Below, piece by piece: positions 14,124 through 27,700 of a DNA stretch of 64,000 bases. The notes below the pieces were generated by a model, which was not told where the DNA came from, did no database searches, and saw nothing but the letters and a program-made list of their open reading frames with translations. The stretch is from Catajapyx aquilonaris (Eukaryota). The stretch spans positions 1 to 64,000 of the forward strand of contig JYFJ02001538.1 of the NCBI GenBank assembly GCA_000934665.2. The letters run 5' to 3'. The translations under genes were made by a program, and so were the position numbers. The first letter of the stretch is position 1. The number at the start of each line of letters is the position of its first letter.

Positions 14124-14411
14124 TAATGGTGTCGTACTGGTGGCGCCACGATCCGTTGACGGCAAGAGAGCGAATCGAAAGGTGCCTACGTATGACCACC
14201 TTCACTTACTAGTGAAGGTGGTCATACGGAGGCACCTTTCGATTCGCGTATGACCGTATGACCATCTTCACTAGTAAGTGAAGGTGGTCATACGGATGTT
14301 AAAATTCGACAGCGATTTGTGATTTATTGATGATAAAGTCATACAGAGAGCAAATTTCGATTCGCTCTTGTTGCCGCCGTGGCTCTTGGCGCTACCAGTA
14401 CGACACCATTA
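14124..14411. mobile_element. Foldback element with nested internal hairpins, upstream of the tolloid-like ATG
   Basis: TAATGGTGTCGTACTGGTGGCGCCA...TGGCGCTACCAGTACGACACCATTA. Inner hairpin 14170-14248 and an inverted re-copy of its core at ~14255-14294. Confidence 0.8.
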
Positions 14412-17058
14412 CTGTACTGTGTGCGTCACCAGCATTATTTTTCCTGTTTGTATACTATAGGAATGCAGGCTGCACCAGGCTGTTAATTTTTGGGCAAGAC
14501 CACGGTTCTCGAGCTGGAGTCGTAAATCACATACCACGTCTAGTTTTACATCTTGAAAACCTGCGGCAATGAAGCAGGGGTAGCGCACCATTTCGGGAGG
14601 GGGAAGATAGCACCACTTTCAGATAGACTGAAGCACTAATTTTCCGTCGACCAGTCGTAAATCAATGGCATGCATCTTTTGGTAGACCTGGCGGCCATAT
14701 ACCACGGAGCCCTCCCAACATGTAAGAAGAGAGTGTGGACCCCTAGACTATTCGACATCAGATCGACTGAAGACTAATTTTCGTCCCAAGACACGAAGAG
14801 CTGGAACCATAAATCATGGCCCGTACAACCACCCTCCCACCCTCCTCTCCTTTTGCTTTTCCTCTCGACTCTCTCTCTTCCTAATGAAATTTATCTAGTG
14901 TTGCCAGATGAATCGGATGCTTCAGGGAGCCATTACTCTAGCAGGTGGACTAATTAAGAAGAAACCCTATTGGGAGATCAAGCCTGGAGATTCATCACCC
15001 GGAGTTGAAGAAAAGGTCGATTTTTAGTGCACTGTGGGCAACTATAACCTGCGACAAGTGTGAAATCACACACTCTCCATGAATAGACCTTTTGCCAGCC
15101 TTTTTTCTCCAGCAGGACTGTGCTAGAAACCATCTGGAAAAATCAAAAAGAAACATCCGTCTCCTTGGGGCCATCCGGGGGTCTACCCCTGCTGCTGGCA
15201 AAACCCGGAAAAAGAAAACACGGGCCAAGTCCTTGGGAAACTTTTCTGGCAGGTGGCTATGGATGCATTTTGACGCCCCCTTTCCTTTTCTTTAGAAGAG
15301 AGAGAGAGAGAGAGAGAGACTGCTTGGCACCCACTGGATTATGGTTGGAGGTTGTCTGCAGCATCTGTCGCTTGTCGAGGAAGACTATTCGGCATGAGCG
15401 GACTTCTCTCGTTGCTCATCCGTTAACTGTCGGATGCAAGATTTTCGCTGACGAAAATTAGCGTGTGTCACACACTTCTAGGAAATATTATAAGGGGCTT
15501 TTGGGGACCCCCATCAGATGTGAAGGGGGCAATTTTCGATATCGATTCCATATACAATACGCACAAAGGGAAGAGAGGGTAGATTGGAAGGTCTGGTGGT
15601 CTGGACCGGATTCCATTTTGGGGGTGAAACGGAGCGGAATCATCGGAAGTGTACAGGGTGATCCGATGCTCAAATAGTCGCTGATAAATTTAGCCTTATG
15701 TTGTCAACTAGAGATGAACAAAATGGACCACCCTGTAGAGGGGAAACGAGAGATCAAGACACCCCTTCTGTTTGGGGATGAAAAAAAAATCTGTTTCCCC
15801 AATATTCCTGGCGATATCAGTCTCCCTCCGACCCCTTTCCACTTGGCGGTGTTTTGCGAATCTCGAGCTGTCAGATGCACAGCGCACTTTTTTTTCCCGC
15901 GAAAAAACGTCCTGCAGACATAGCTGTTGCCAAGCCAACCCCTCTCCAAAATGCGAGTTATCTGCCAAGCAGCCCTGAAAATTATAGGGCAGTGTCAGCA
16001 GCGTTTGGTTCAATTCGCACACAAGAGGGTGCCACTCGACGATTTTTTTTTGTGTGTGCCAAAATTATTTGCGCATAACCAGTATATGCAGTAAGGTCTC
16101 ATTATCTGCAGACGTCACAGGTTAACTTTCTTTCCTTGTTAAAGAAAGTTTTTCTGGAGCATATGCTGACTGCAAGTTTATTATAAATATGCCTTTCATG
16201 TGCCTTGTACCTGAACCTTCGTTAAATTTTTACACTCCAATTTTCTTGTGGAGTTACAGCAGACGTCACTTCAAATAAGTGACAGCAATGTATACCCAAC
16301 ATGTGAAGTTCAACTTGTGAACCGACTTTTTTCCCCTCCCGAAAAACCAGCGTAAATTAACGGAAGCCATTTAAAAGAGGTAATCAACCGCTATAAGGTT
16401 AGTTTGCGAAATCCGGGTCGCTTCGAAAATTACCCAACATGGAAAAAGGCTTTGCACCTTGCGGGTTTCTGAAACGGGTCGAGCAATCAGGAGAGAATTG
16501 GATTTAGCAAGGTCCCCCCCCCCCCTTCGCCTCGGTTTAATTCCAAAGATAGCGCCCAAAATTTTCGCGTGATCCGTAATAGAGTGGGGCAAGGCCTCGA
16601 ATTATAAATCGAGAGTCGGCTAAACTGATCTTGTGTCACTGTGCATCGATTATGTGGCGACCATTTTTTGCAAAGGAAAAAAAAGAAACTCACTTTATAT
16701 AAGCCCCGCAGAAGTTTTAGCCTTTGCTGGAGATATAACGTGTGGGGCACAAGATTAGAGCTGCAAAGCCGGATTAATTTCATTTCTGGTGAATGCAGCC
16801 TTTCGTAATATACGAAAGGCGTCTGTCTCCGGCAGCTGACTCAGCCCGGCAATTTCCCATTTTGCAGCAGCCCCCCTGCCACTTTCTGGACGCTGTTTAT
16901 CCAGGGTTTTGTATTTCACTGCCAACTGTACAAGCCCTTTAGTTTGCCAATGTAAACATGGCTGCCGCAACGAGCAGCGGTTCCTGATTGGCTCTTAGAA
17001 AACCTAAAATTGATTGGCTCTTAAGAAAACCTGAAATGGATTGGCTCTGTTCATCGTA

Positions 17059-17211
17059 CCCGTTCGTGATTGGCTCAAAAAAGTTGTTACCGTCACTGGG
17101 CGATACAAACCCGTTCGTGATTGGCTCAAAAAAGTTGTTACCGTCACTGGGCGATACAAACCCGTTCGTGATTGGCTCAAAAAAGTTGTTACCGTCACTG
17201 GGCGATACAAA
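17059..17211. repeat. Tandem repeat, 3 identical 51-bp units
   Basis: CCCGTTCGTGATTGGCTCAAAAAAGTTGTTACCGTCACTGGGCGATACAAA at 17059, 17110 and 17161. Confidence 0.95.
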
Positions 17212-18772
17212 ATATGCTGACGTTGCCTAAGTTTCGCGTCGTATATATCATCACCTTTTTGGGTAGTTGCTAAAAAAAAAAGAAGAAGAAGAAGTGCGAC
17301 CGCACATTTCTAACGTGATTAGGCCTCGCTGGGGGGCGAGTTGTAAGCCAATTCTCTGGTCGTCATGGAGACTCGGGAAGTCAGAAAGGCGCAGACTTTG
17401 GATTTCCCCATTTCTCAGACTTCCCTGCAAAGCTATTGCACACCATCCCAATCTTTCAACCTACCTATATATCCCAACCAATTAATTACAACTACCTGGG
17501 CGAAAATACGAGTTTCTCTGGGGCCTCTCTTGTTCGACTTCGCGGATATAATATAAGACAAACATTTGTGTGTCTCTAAAGGTCTGAAACTCTCGCAAAA
17601 AGTTTACGTACTTGGCTTTGATACAGAGGAAATGGATATAGACGCGGGGGGCAAAAAGTATAGTGAAAGAAGATATAAAAGGGGAGGAAGGAGGAAAAGC
17701 AAGAAGGTATCGAATTTCTCGTCGTCTTTTCTATTAAATCCAAGAGCAATTCCTCGGATCTAAAGGACCTGGGATTCGTATTTCTTTCGGATTATCTGGT
17801 TCTGATAAGACATACAGCCTGAGAGAGAAAGAAGCGAGAGGGATGAATTTTGGCATGTCGATACAACATCTTGCCTTGGAATTGCGGGGATGAGAAGTTT
17901 CTTTCGGATAAAATAAATGGAGATACGGCAACATATCGTTTTGTTACTCTTCCCCCCCCCCCCCCCNCCCCCCCCCCCCCCCAACTCTATATATAGTAAA
18001 AAAAAAGAAAGTATAGGGTGGGGTAAAATGGCTGGGAGAAAATTCATAAGCATCTCTAAGATCGATATTTGTGATTCACGTCAAGTAGAAGAGGACAAAG
18101 GTCTTCTGTATATAGAGGAGGGGGGGAAAATGGAAAGAGAATAAAGGGACATGCAATCAATAAGCAAAATGTGGTTGCATCATCGCAACATTTCTGGAAT
18201 GTCTTGGATGAATTCTCTCGCTTAGTTTTACATCGATTTTTTAATAAAAAAAAGCCTTTCCAAGGAAAAATTGGGCGCGTGACTGGGTGAAATATTGCAG
18301 GACATTATTTGGCAAGGAACAACATACGTGACCTTTATTGCGTACGATATTAGATCCAGACGGTGAGTCTGCGATAGCAGTCTTCTGGACTGCCGCACAT
18401 TTTAGATCCAGCCCGTTTTTTCTAATTAAGTACAAACAGTGTGGATGGGGGGAAGGTTATCAAAGCATATGATTGTAAACAACCCGAGTCAACCATTTAA
18501 AAAATAATGAAACACCAATCAGAAGGCAAGTGCACTAGGAGAAAAAAAAAATTGTCAAGCTAAAACTTCCCTCTCTGGTTATACATTTTCTTTCCTTCAT
18601 TTTTTTTTCTAACCACAACGAACTAACGTTATCTTTGGCATATATATTTTTAAAAATTGGGGGGACAACATTATATATATTTGGATCTGGCCAGCTATAA
18701 GCTGCTGTCTCAATCTGAAATAAAAAGAACACAAGGCGATAACTCTTCTGCAGCTGCTGTTGGCTATTTTTT

Positions 18773-21700
18773 TTAACGAGCGTGAAGCTTGCAGAATGGA
18801 CGGCCTCCTTTGGCAAAGAAGCTCTGGCCTTCCAGATTCTTCTTGCAAACCTGCAAATTAAACGGATCATTACCTTTCAAATTAAAAGAGCTGTTAATTT
18901 TGTGTACGCACAGTGCAGTTGAAGCATTTGTTGTGGTAGTTGTTGTTCATGGCTTCGACCCAGCGGTCTCCTGCCTCGATGGGGTATCCGCAAGCGAAGC
19001 ATTTGGTGGTAAATAGCTCATTCCAATCGGCATCGCAGTATGGTAGGCCATCCTCCAGGAAGAAGGGGTTGTTGCCGAAGAGCTTTCCACAATAGGAGCA
19101 GGCGAAACACTCTGGGTGGTAATGCTTGCCCATGGCGTTTAAGCAGTCCTGCGAACACACATGGCAATGGGTTCATTTGTTCCTGGTTTCACTTTGGTGT
19201 TACTCACCCCTTTGACTCTCTTGTTGCACTTGTCGCACATTGGTGCCAAGTAGGTCTCCCAGCAGTACTCGCAGTAAAGCTGGCCGCCTTCGTCCACAAA
19301 CCCTACGTCTTGCAAGGGACGCCGACATTGAGGATTAGCGCAGATGAAGTGGTCCGGACACCAGGTCTTGCCCAGGGCGGTGATGAAAGGCCCTCTGAGA
19401 CACGGATGTTGGTTAGAAAACAATGAGAGGCCTGCGTCATGTCGTGCCGCTAAGATTTCGGAAGGAAGCAGCGTGCGCCATCTACTGATTTCCTTCCCAA
19501 GCAAGGGATATTGTGGACTAGTAACGTGTTAAAATACATGAAAGGTGCTGACCTGATTTGTTTAGAGCAGACCCCGCACATTGGGACACGACCACCAGCG
19601 CCGACCTGGGGCTTTAGGATGCCGCGGCCTCTCCTGGGTGCGACGGCTCCGGCCACGCTGGCCCCGGGCATGCTTCGGGGCCCTCCGAGTCCTCCACCAG
19701 GGGCGGATCCACCTAAGGGCGCGCCTCCGAACGGGGCCGGTGCTGGGGCAGGCGCTGGGGCCATTGGAGCCATTGGAGCCATCGGGGCAACTGGGGCGAC
19801 GGCCGGGGTGAAGACGGACGGCTTGGGCAATGGGCTCCCTAGGGCCGGACCCGGGGCTGGAGGGGCAGGGGCGAAAGTGGGCGCCGGAGCGAAAGTGGGC
19901 GCCGGGGCGAAAGTGGACGCCGGGGCGAAAGTGGGCGCTGGGGCGAAAGTGGGCGCCGGGGCGAAATTAGGTGGGGAAGAGGGTTGGAAAGTAGGCGAGA
20001 ATCCTGGGTCAATAGGTGCTGATTGTTGAGGGATTGGGCTGGTGGGCTTGGGCGGTTCCGGGGCCACGTAAAGAGGGGTAGCCGTGCCCACTGGGCCCCC
20101 AAGTTCGTCATCTCCAGGCTTGGGAGGTGGCCACACGAAACGGGAGGCTGCTGGGGTTTAGTGAGAGACATCCCCCCAAAACAGCCAACCACCACCGGCC
20201 AACCACCGCACCAGCACAACACACATAACAACACACGGACACATAACAATGCGTGCACCGAGAGTATAGTCAAGGATAGAGTTCACGCACAATGGAGAGA
20301 GAGAGAAAAAATAATAAGAAGAGAAAATGGGGAAAAAATTGTGTCAGTATCACACACCTATTAAGCATGGTATATAGTTAGAGGCCCTTGTAGTTGAGAG
20401 ATTGGCACACCTGATTCGTGTTCCCATTGATTTATGCAGGGTGATACACTGGAAGTTGAGAAGTCCAACTATGGGCTTCGTTGTTGGAGGTGTCAGTTTA
20501 TGCAGTGGACAACCCTGCGCAACTTAAAGTGACCAGAAGGGGTGCCAATTGCTCAGGTAAAGAGGCCTTCAACTACAGTACGGTGCTCCGAACACTCCGT
20601 TGTCATTTAGCAATTTTTTCTCACTTAACTGTTTTTTTTCGCCTTCATATTATGCATGAGTATTAGATGAAACAAGTTCATCTTTTTAAAGCACAATAGG
20701 AGGGTCTATAGCTTCGACTTTTGACCTAGGATATATCAAAGGGTCATTGTCAGCTGAAATTCGGGAGTTCATTGCATTTACGACACTGAGAAGATAATTT
20801 TACTCGACGTAATATTATATAGAATGTATAGCTGTTGGAAAATAACGGTTTAATAATAAGCTAAGTGAGGAAAAAAAATCGTAACCAAAACGTATACACT
20901 TCTTGGAAACGTTCGGAGCACGTGTTTACAGGCTTCATTACTATAGCATAGTTGGAGGCCCTGTTACGTGAAAGTACTTACGGACAACCTTGTCGGCCAC
21001 GTGATCCCAATTGGCTAATGTGACCAGCATTGTTGCCGCAATTACCTTCGAGGCCTGCAACTACACTGGATTGTAAAAGATTTCCAAGTGCTATCCTGTG
21101 GGCTAGGCAATACGCAGGGCCTGTCACTTGAGTTGCATACTCATCAGGATATGTGCGCCAGGAAATCTGACATGTTTTGTAAGCAACCACAACGAAGAAA
21201 GAAAATTAAACAAGTCGCTACTTAACATTTGGTAGTAAAGCATTGAACTTTGTCCCCACTTTTGTTTTAATGAGTTTAATCGCCAGGCACGGTTAAAAGC
21301 TTAAAAAATCGCTAAAATAAAATAATACAAACGTATTATGTCCTTTCAATACTATAGCAGTATAGCTTAATAGCTGCTCTTTACTGTGAGGCACATAATA
21401 ATAATGTACTGTAAGCGACAATAACTACTGTACTTGTCAAAGAAGTGCTGCACAATAATCATGGGGGTTTACCTGATGAGCTCTTGAAGCTTGAACTCTC
21501 CGACATTGTTTTGCTGGATTTGGTCAGCGTTGAGTATGAGCTGGTACTTCTGGTTCCCTGTAAGTATGTTATACATTAAAATTATTTTGTAAAAAGATTC
21601 GAGCGCACGCGCAGTATGGCATGTGCATATTATTAAAGTAGTTCCGGCCGCCATGACAGTTTAGGGCAAAACTCGTTGTTGTTTCCGTTATTTTGATTTA

Positions 21701-24700
21701 TTGTTAGGTTAGGCACGGTTTTTTTAGGGGGGGGGGGATTTGAGAAATATAGGTAACACTTGCACAAACTAATTTTTTTCCAGCCAATTACTACTCATCC
21801 GGCTTAGTAAATGTGGATTTGGCAATTTCGCTCCGCGGTATGCAATAATTATCCATCGTACAAGACAACAAAAGTGTAGTATTTGTACACATTTGTCGCT
21901 TTAAAACTCGATGCACCACATTCCTGGAGCCTTTCCCAAAATATCAACACCCGTCACTATACCTCGACACTCACGTCCCATAAATTACGCCAGAGTGTAT
22001 ACTGTCAGCGAGTGTGACGTAAACCCTAACGTTTTACAAGCCCCGTTACCTCCCACGATGACTTTTGCATGGTGTCACCAAACGTTTTTTTTTCTTCTGA
22101 ACAGCAAAAGTGTGCCGGACATCAATCCTTCTACTCGAGAAAAAAAGGCGTCAATCTTTCTGTGAGCTTACATTTCGCATGTCAAAAGGGACCAAACCGA
22201 TGCACCTCACGCCTTTTCCCTTCGTCCCGTTTTATTATTAGCCATGGAAATGGTTCCTCCTAAAATAAACCCCCAAAGGAGTTTATTTTCATAGGTGGAA
22301 AGTATTTGCTACAGACATGGGGGTTTGGCCTTCAGAGCAGGTTACGAGGAGAGTAATTAGTGCAATTTACTTGGTACGGCTGGGCGGCGATGTTTCCGGA
22401 GTATGGTGAGGCTGCTGGGGATGTCGGACGGTACGACGGTGCATTGTACGATGGTGTGCTGACTGGTCTGGCACCTGGGCCGACCGGGTATGCGGGTTTG
22501 CGAGTGTCCCTAAAAAGATAATTAGTGAAAATATTGGCATCAAAAGAAATGTTGCGGACACTTACGGTGCTGCTGGTGCGGCAGGTTCAGAATCAGGGGC
22601 TGATGGGTTGGTTCTGGCCACTTGACGAGCATGGACATCGCAGTACAGTTTACCAGCGACGTTGTAGTAGCCTGTAACATGATAAGTTATTAGCAGCTCC
22701 CCCACACAAGATTGAGCTCATGTTTTTACGAAACACTCACCGACATTCTTGAGCGACGTTCCGCAAATGGCGCACTTGAAGCACTCCACGTGAAGGTTCT
22801 TGTCCTTGATACGCACAAAGACGCCCCTGAAAAAAAGTGTTACGTAAGGTTATATCCAAGGAAATTTGCAAGACGATACAGGGTGTAAAAAGCTTATTGA
22901 AAACAATAGCGGTTCTTTTTATAAGGAGGCCAAAAAATGTGTGATTCATGTATCGCATGTTTCTTGGTAGCAGGATTTAGGTCTGGTACTTAATCATCGC
23001 TATTTTTACTAGCCAGCTTATCAGGAAATGTAAGACCGCCCCCTCCCTCCCCCAGTCTGATGGTTATGAGCATTTCAGCTCCTGATCTGACCCAATAAAA
23101 AAATAGCGGAACGAATTTTAAAATAGCAACGAACTTTGCTGAAAAGCCTCCTTTCATAGGAGGGCTCAGGGAGGGGAAAAAAAGTGCAGATGCGTAACTT
23201 AGCAGGGTTTGGCCCAAATTCTTTCATCTAATTAGAGTTCCGTGGATCTAGGAACTTCAAAAAGTAAATCTCTAAAACTCTCTGGATGAAAGTTACCAAT
23301 TTTGAGATATTTTTGTCGAAAAAAAAGCATTTGGGTCCAGAGTTTATCTAATGAACGGCACGAAATATTCAGTTAAAAGTAACTGATAGCCCAAATACTG
23401 CATGGACCTAATAATCTTAGTAATTTTTTACGTTACTACATAACAATTTGAGTAAACTCGACAGTGTATTTTAAAACTTATTGATTCCTTTGGGAAAAAT
23501 TACATCTCAACAGCATAACGAGTATAATAACTACAATTAGTTGCAGGGGGAGTTTTGCCAATTTGGCTGAAAACTACTCCAATGCTTTTACATGCAATAT
23601 GATCTATGAAATTGTAGTTTCTACAATTGGTGTTACGTTGCATTCTTTCACCACTATTATCTACACATCTACTTTGCAAAAATATTAAAAAATAAAAACA
23701 TAAAAAATCATAAAAAATATTCACTTAAGATTATTGGGTACAAAGACCTGTCATAACAATTTAAATAATTAATTTCGCCCAACAATATTTGTCTATTTAC
23801 AGGCTACTCTGGTGCCCTACGACCTTTTGTAAGGCAATTAATTTGCTACATGTTTATAAATTTGAAACACATTTCGTGATTAGTTTTAGCAAACTTCCTC
23901 ATATTGTGCTTACTGCAATAACCCTCCTAATTTCTATTACAAAAAGTTGCGATTGTTCTGGAAATTGGATCCCTCCTTGAAGGTTCCGTCAGGGGCAAGA
24001 CGTATTGAGACAGGTGAAGAATGTGTTAGAGCATGTGTGCGATGGGTGGTTTGGTTGGTGCATTACAACTCACACGATGAGTCTCTCGCATTCGGAACAG
24101 ATATTTTGGGAGGCAGCTCCGGGCTGCGATGACACTTCACTTGGGGGCTTGGCTTCGGGAGGCTTCACAGATCGCAGCCCTACTGAAGCTGGCCGGCATG
24201 AAGGTTCTGCAAACACAGACAACGAGCATAGAAGCCAATGGAAGTCTATTTTCTACAGTCGAGAAGGAAAGTTCCAAGATCAAGGCCTTTTTTTCCCCCC
24301 TAGGGGTCGCATGGCGGACACACCCACACTACTTTGGAGTCTAATGCACTATCGTGGCTGATGGCCAGCGTAGAAAATTCTCGAAAGATGTACCTTCATA
24401 ATAGCCCTCCATTTCCGGAGGCACTGGTGACCTAGGCTCCTTGTCCAGGTCATGAACCATCTTGAACACTTCGCTGTTCTGCATCTTCTGCTGGTCGAAC
24501 TGCTTCTCATTCTTCTTGAAGTTGATCCTGGTTTTTAAGTAAAGGTATAAGATCGTACATATCATATGTGCATTTTTCAATTGGCTTACCCAAGAACCCC
24601 GCCTGCCAGGACTTCAGCCTGGGCAGATAGGGCTTCGGCAATGTTCGCGTCGCTGTACATGGCCACTGGAGAGTTGTACTGCTTGTTGACAATTGTTGGG

Positions 24701-27700
24701 ATGGGTCCTCCTGGGCCGTTCAGTTGCTGGGCACCCTGCTCAAAAGTAACGGTTTTTTTTAAAGTAATGGTTTTGTTTTAAAAAAACTAATGTGCACCCT
24801 TGAAAATAGGGTTGTCCTGTAAACTTGTTACCCACGATTTTACTATTTGTTAGGCGGACTTGATGGACTCTGAAATGTCTTATTGATTGAAAGGTGACAA
24901 TGTATAAAAGAAGTACAATGCAATATGCAAATGGGATATGGACATTTTTAAATGGGAGTAAAATCCCAAAGGAAAACAATGAAATAAATTCATGTAGATT
25001 TCAATACTTGAATAGAAAACCACTAACTTCAATTCACTTTCAACAGAAGAGTGAAAATCTCAGCTACACTGAACAGAAAATGAAATCGTCAAGATATTTT
25101 AGAGTCATGTTGAATGAGTATCACACAAGCCGATATTTTTAATTCACCCTTTCAAAAACTGCAATAAAAAAATCACACATGTATTTCCAATAAAGTCTAA
25201 CGACGCTTTAATTTTTCAACAATTACTAGCCGAATAACTGGGCATCAATAGCCGACTTTAGGAGATTTTTTTTGCTTTAGCCAGATCTGATTGTTGTGGA
25301 AATACGGATTATAAACACTGCCAGCTGGATGTTAGGCAATTAAGTGTGGGAGTTACCATTATTGGCAGCAGCGCATCACATGGTTATGCTCATCTTGTTG
25401 CTTACACATCTGTTTTTGTTGTGCCTGGTAGTCGTCATGCCATGGACACAAATAATGAATAAAAGCAACTCCAAAAAAAACACGTCCTTCAAATCGGCAG
25501 CTGCTCGTCATTAATGAGTTACTGAAGCGGCTAAATTCCAAGGCGAAATTAATGTTGTTTTGCACTTTAAAAAAAGTTGCACTTCCTGACAAATTGTGTT
25601 GTGTCCTAACCTTAGACGGCCCGAAAGGTCTGGGTGTCAGGTTGTAAGCGGTTCCAATAGGTTTCGCAGCCTGAGAAGAAACAAGCCGTGCAGTTTCCTC
25701 CATGTAATAATTGTATTGTACACAGTACTTAACCATGAGAGAAATAGGATTTTCGATTATTTGCATTAATGACTCAAACATAAACCGACGTTATGACGAT
25801 CCTAAATTTACCGGAATTTTAAACAAATTTGAACATTGTTGCTCACCGGCTTGTTGGCCGCCAGTGATGTCTTGGTGACCGGTTGTACCCCTGGTGCTCC
25901 GACTGGTGCCCCGACCGGTGTCACAGTGGGCTTCCATGTTGAAGTACCTCCCCTGCCAAAAAAAGAGGAAAAATTCGCCCAAGGTTCCAAATAGTTGAGG
26001 GGTTTAATATTGTGATAAAACAGCCAAGTCCACTAGGAAAAACTGGTCATAAAATGAGCAAAAATGATTACTCTTTATTGGTACAATCTTGAAACTTCTA
26101 ACGTATGCTGCAGCAGTTCAGCTATACATACGTAAATCGTAAATGTGCAATTAAAACTCAATGACATTAAAGTACGTAATTGCTGCACGTATAGGTGGAC
26201 TTGTCTGTTTTTGATCTCACACCCTGTAACATTTCACTGCAGCTTCTCATTTGCTGTAGTCCCTGTACTTGACCGCAGCCTCACAAATATTTTCAATGCC
26301 ATCTGCATTACAATCTCGTGCTTTTTGTTGGCAACTGCAAGATGCATCTCAAAAGTGCAACCATCCATCTCTACCTTTTCTACCTAACCCCTCCCATCCG
26401 CCCCCCTCGTTTCGTTAAAAATACCTTCCTTTCTGGCCCACAACACCACAAATTATTTCAGTCTGTTTATCAGGCCAACTCCTCCTCTGGCTGCTGTGCT
26501 TTAGCTTGCTACCAGAAGACCTTTTTTCTTTCCTCTTCCTAATTCTTGGAGTCGTTAAAATGCCATTCAGGGAGGAGGAGGAGGAGGAGGAGGAGGAGGA
26601 GGATGCAAAATATTTTTACCTTTGGACGATCATTTCGAAATTGTTGCCCGCTCTGAGTATGGCGTCCTGGGCGTCCTTGTGTCGCAGGTTGTACACGTCC
26701 TGTCCGTTGATTTTCACCACGAAGTCTCCGATTTTGAGTCCAGCCTGATCCGCCAAGCTGCCACCGTTCACCTGATGAGATAAACGGAAACAATAAAGGA
26801 TGACTTGAAATATAACGTGTTGATAGGGTATGGGCATGGCAAATATAAGTGAACAATTTTTAATGTCAATAAATATTTGTAATTAAATTTGGGCAAAAAC
26901 TGCATCCTGTTTATGAATGTTTTTTTTAAAACATTATACCGCGGAAATAATTTTTTTTTAAGAATTAGATGGAAAAACGGCTGTGTACAGAGCCTTTCAC
27001 TGTAGTCTGCAGTTGGAAGGTCATACTTCTGTTGCATCACTGACATGTTAATGTACCGATGTTTATGTACTGCATGCATACTGTAGATTCTTTACAATAG
27101 CTGCAATCCTACATGGGTATTGACCTCACTGGCTTTTCACTACATTGTTGCCATTGGGACGTCAGTGCCCGAGTTATTTTTGATCTTACACGAATATTCT
27201 AGTCTGGACAGAGGAGATAATAACTAACCTGCGATAGTGTGTTACAGTTGTAGTTATCTCCTTTACGCAAAAGTTGATCCTCCTGTGCCATGTTTTTTTA
27301 ATTTTTAAATGATAATTTAAAAATAAAACAAGTCATATCAGGAACAACTCTTGCATGTAACGGAGATAACGACCACTGCAGCTAACATTACATTTTTATT
27401 GGAATAATTGCATCTGCAGGTTTGCTCATAATTACATCGAACAGTTGACGGGATGTTATTTCACTTTGATTAATTATTATTAAATTTTAAGCAGGATTTG
27501 AAACTTTTACAGGCTCGAAATTATACGCCATTTGATAACAAATCCCGGTTCCTCCCATCAGTCCCATGAGATAAAAGTGGTAGCTGACATGCAGCTATTC
27601 AGAATATTTAGTTACACTAAAATTGATAATGGACCGTCACTTTACGACGTCTTAACAACGCCCGATTTAGTTCGGCAACTCGCCAGAAGAGAGTCTCTAG

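Noticed and set aside
17059..17211. CRISPR-like appearance of regularly spaced repeats
   Set aside because: The units are fully identical with no unique spacers, there are no cas genes, and the context is eukaryotic.
19511..20029. 172-aa Gly/Ala-rich plus-strand ORF (GAGAKV repeats)
   Set aside because: Antisense shadow of the Zasp Pro-rich exon.
20978..21190. 70-aa ORF with a GTAAGT donor in a Zasp intron, as a possible alternative exon
   Set aside because: Its phases do not fit the flanking exons (phase-1 entry hits TGA) and it has no Zasp-like content.
22876..26228. TACAGGGTGT ... ACACCCTGTA pair flanking several Zasp exons
   Set aside because: Only ~10 bp match; most likely ends of unrelated Tc1-type remnants, not one element.
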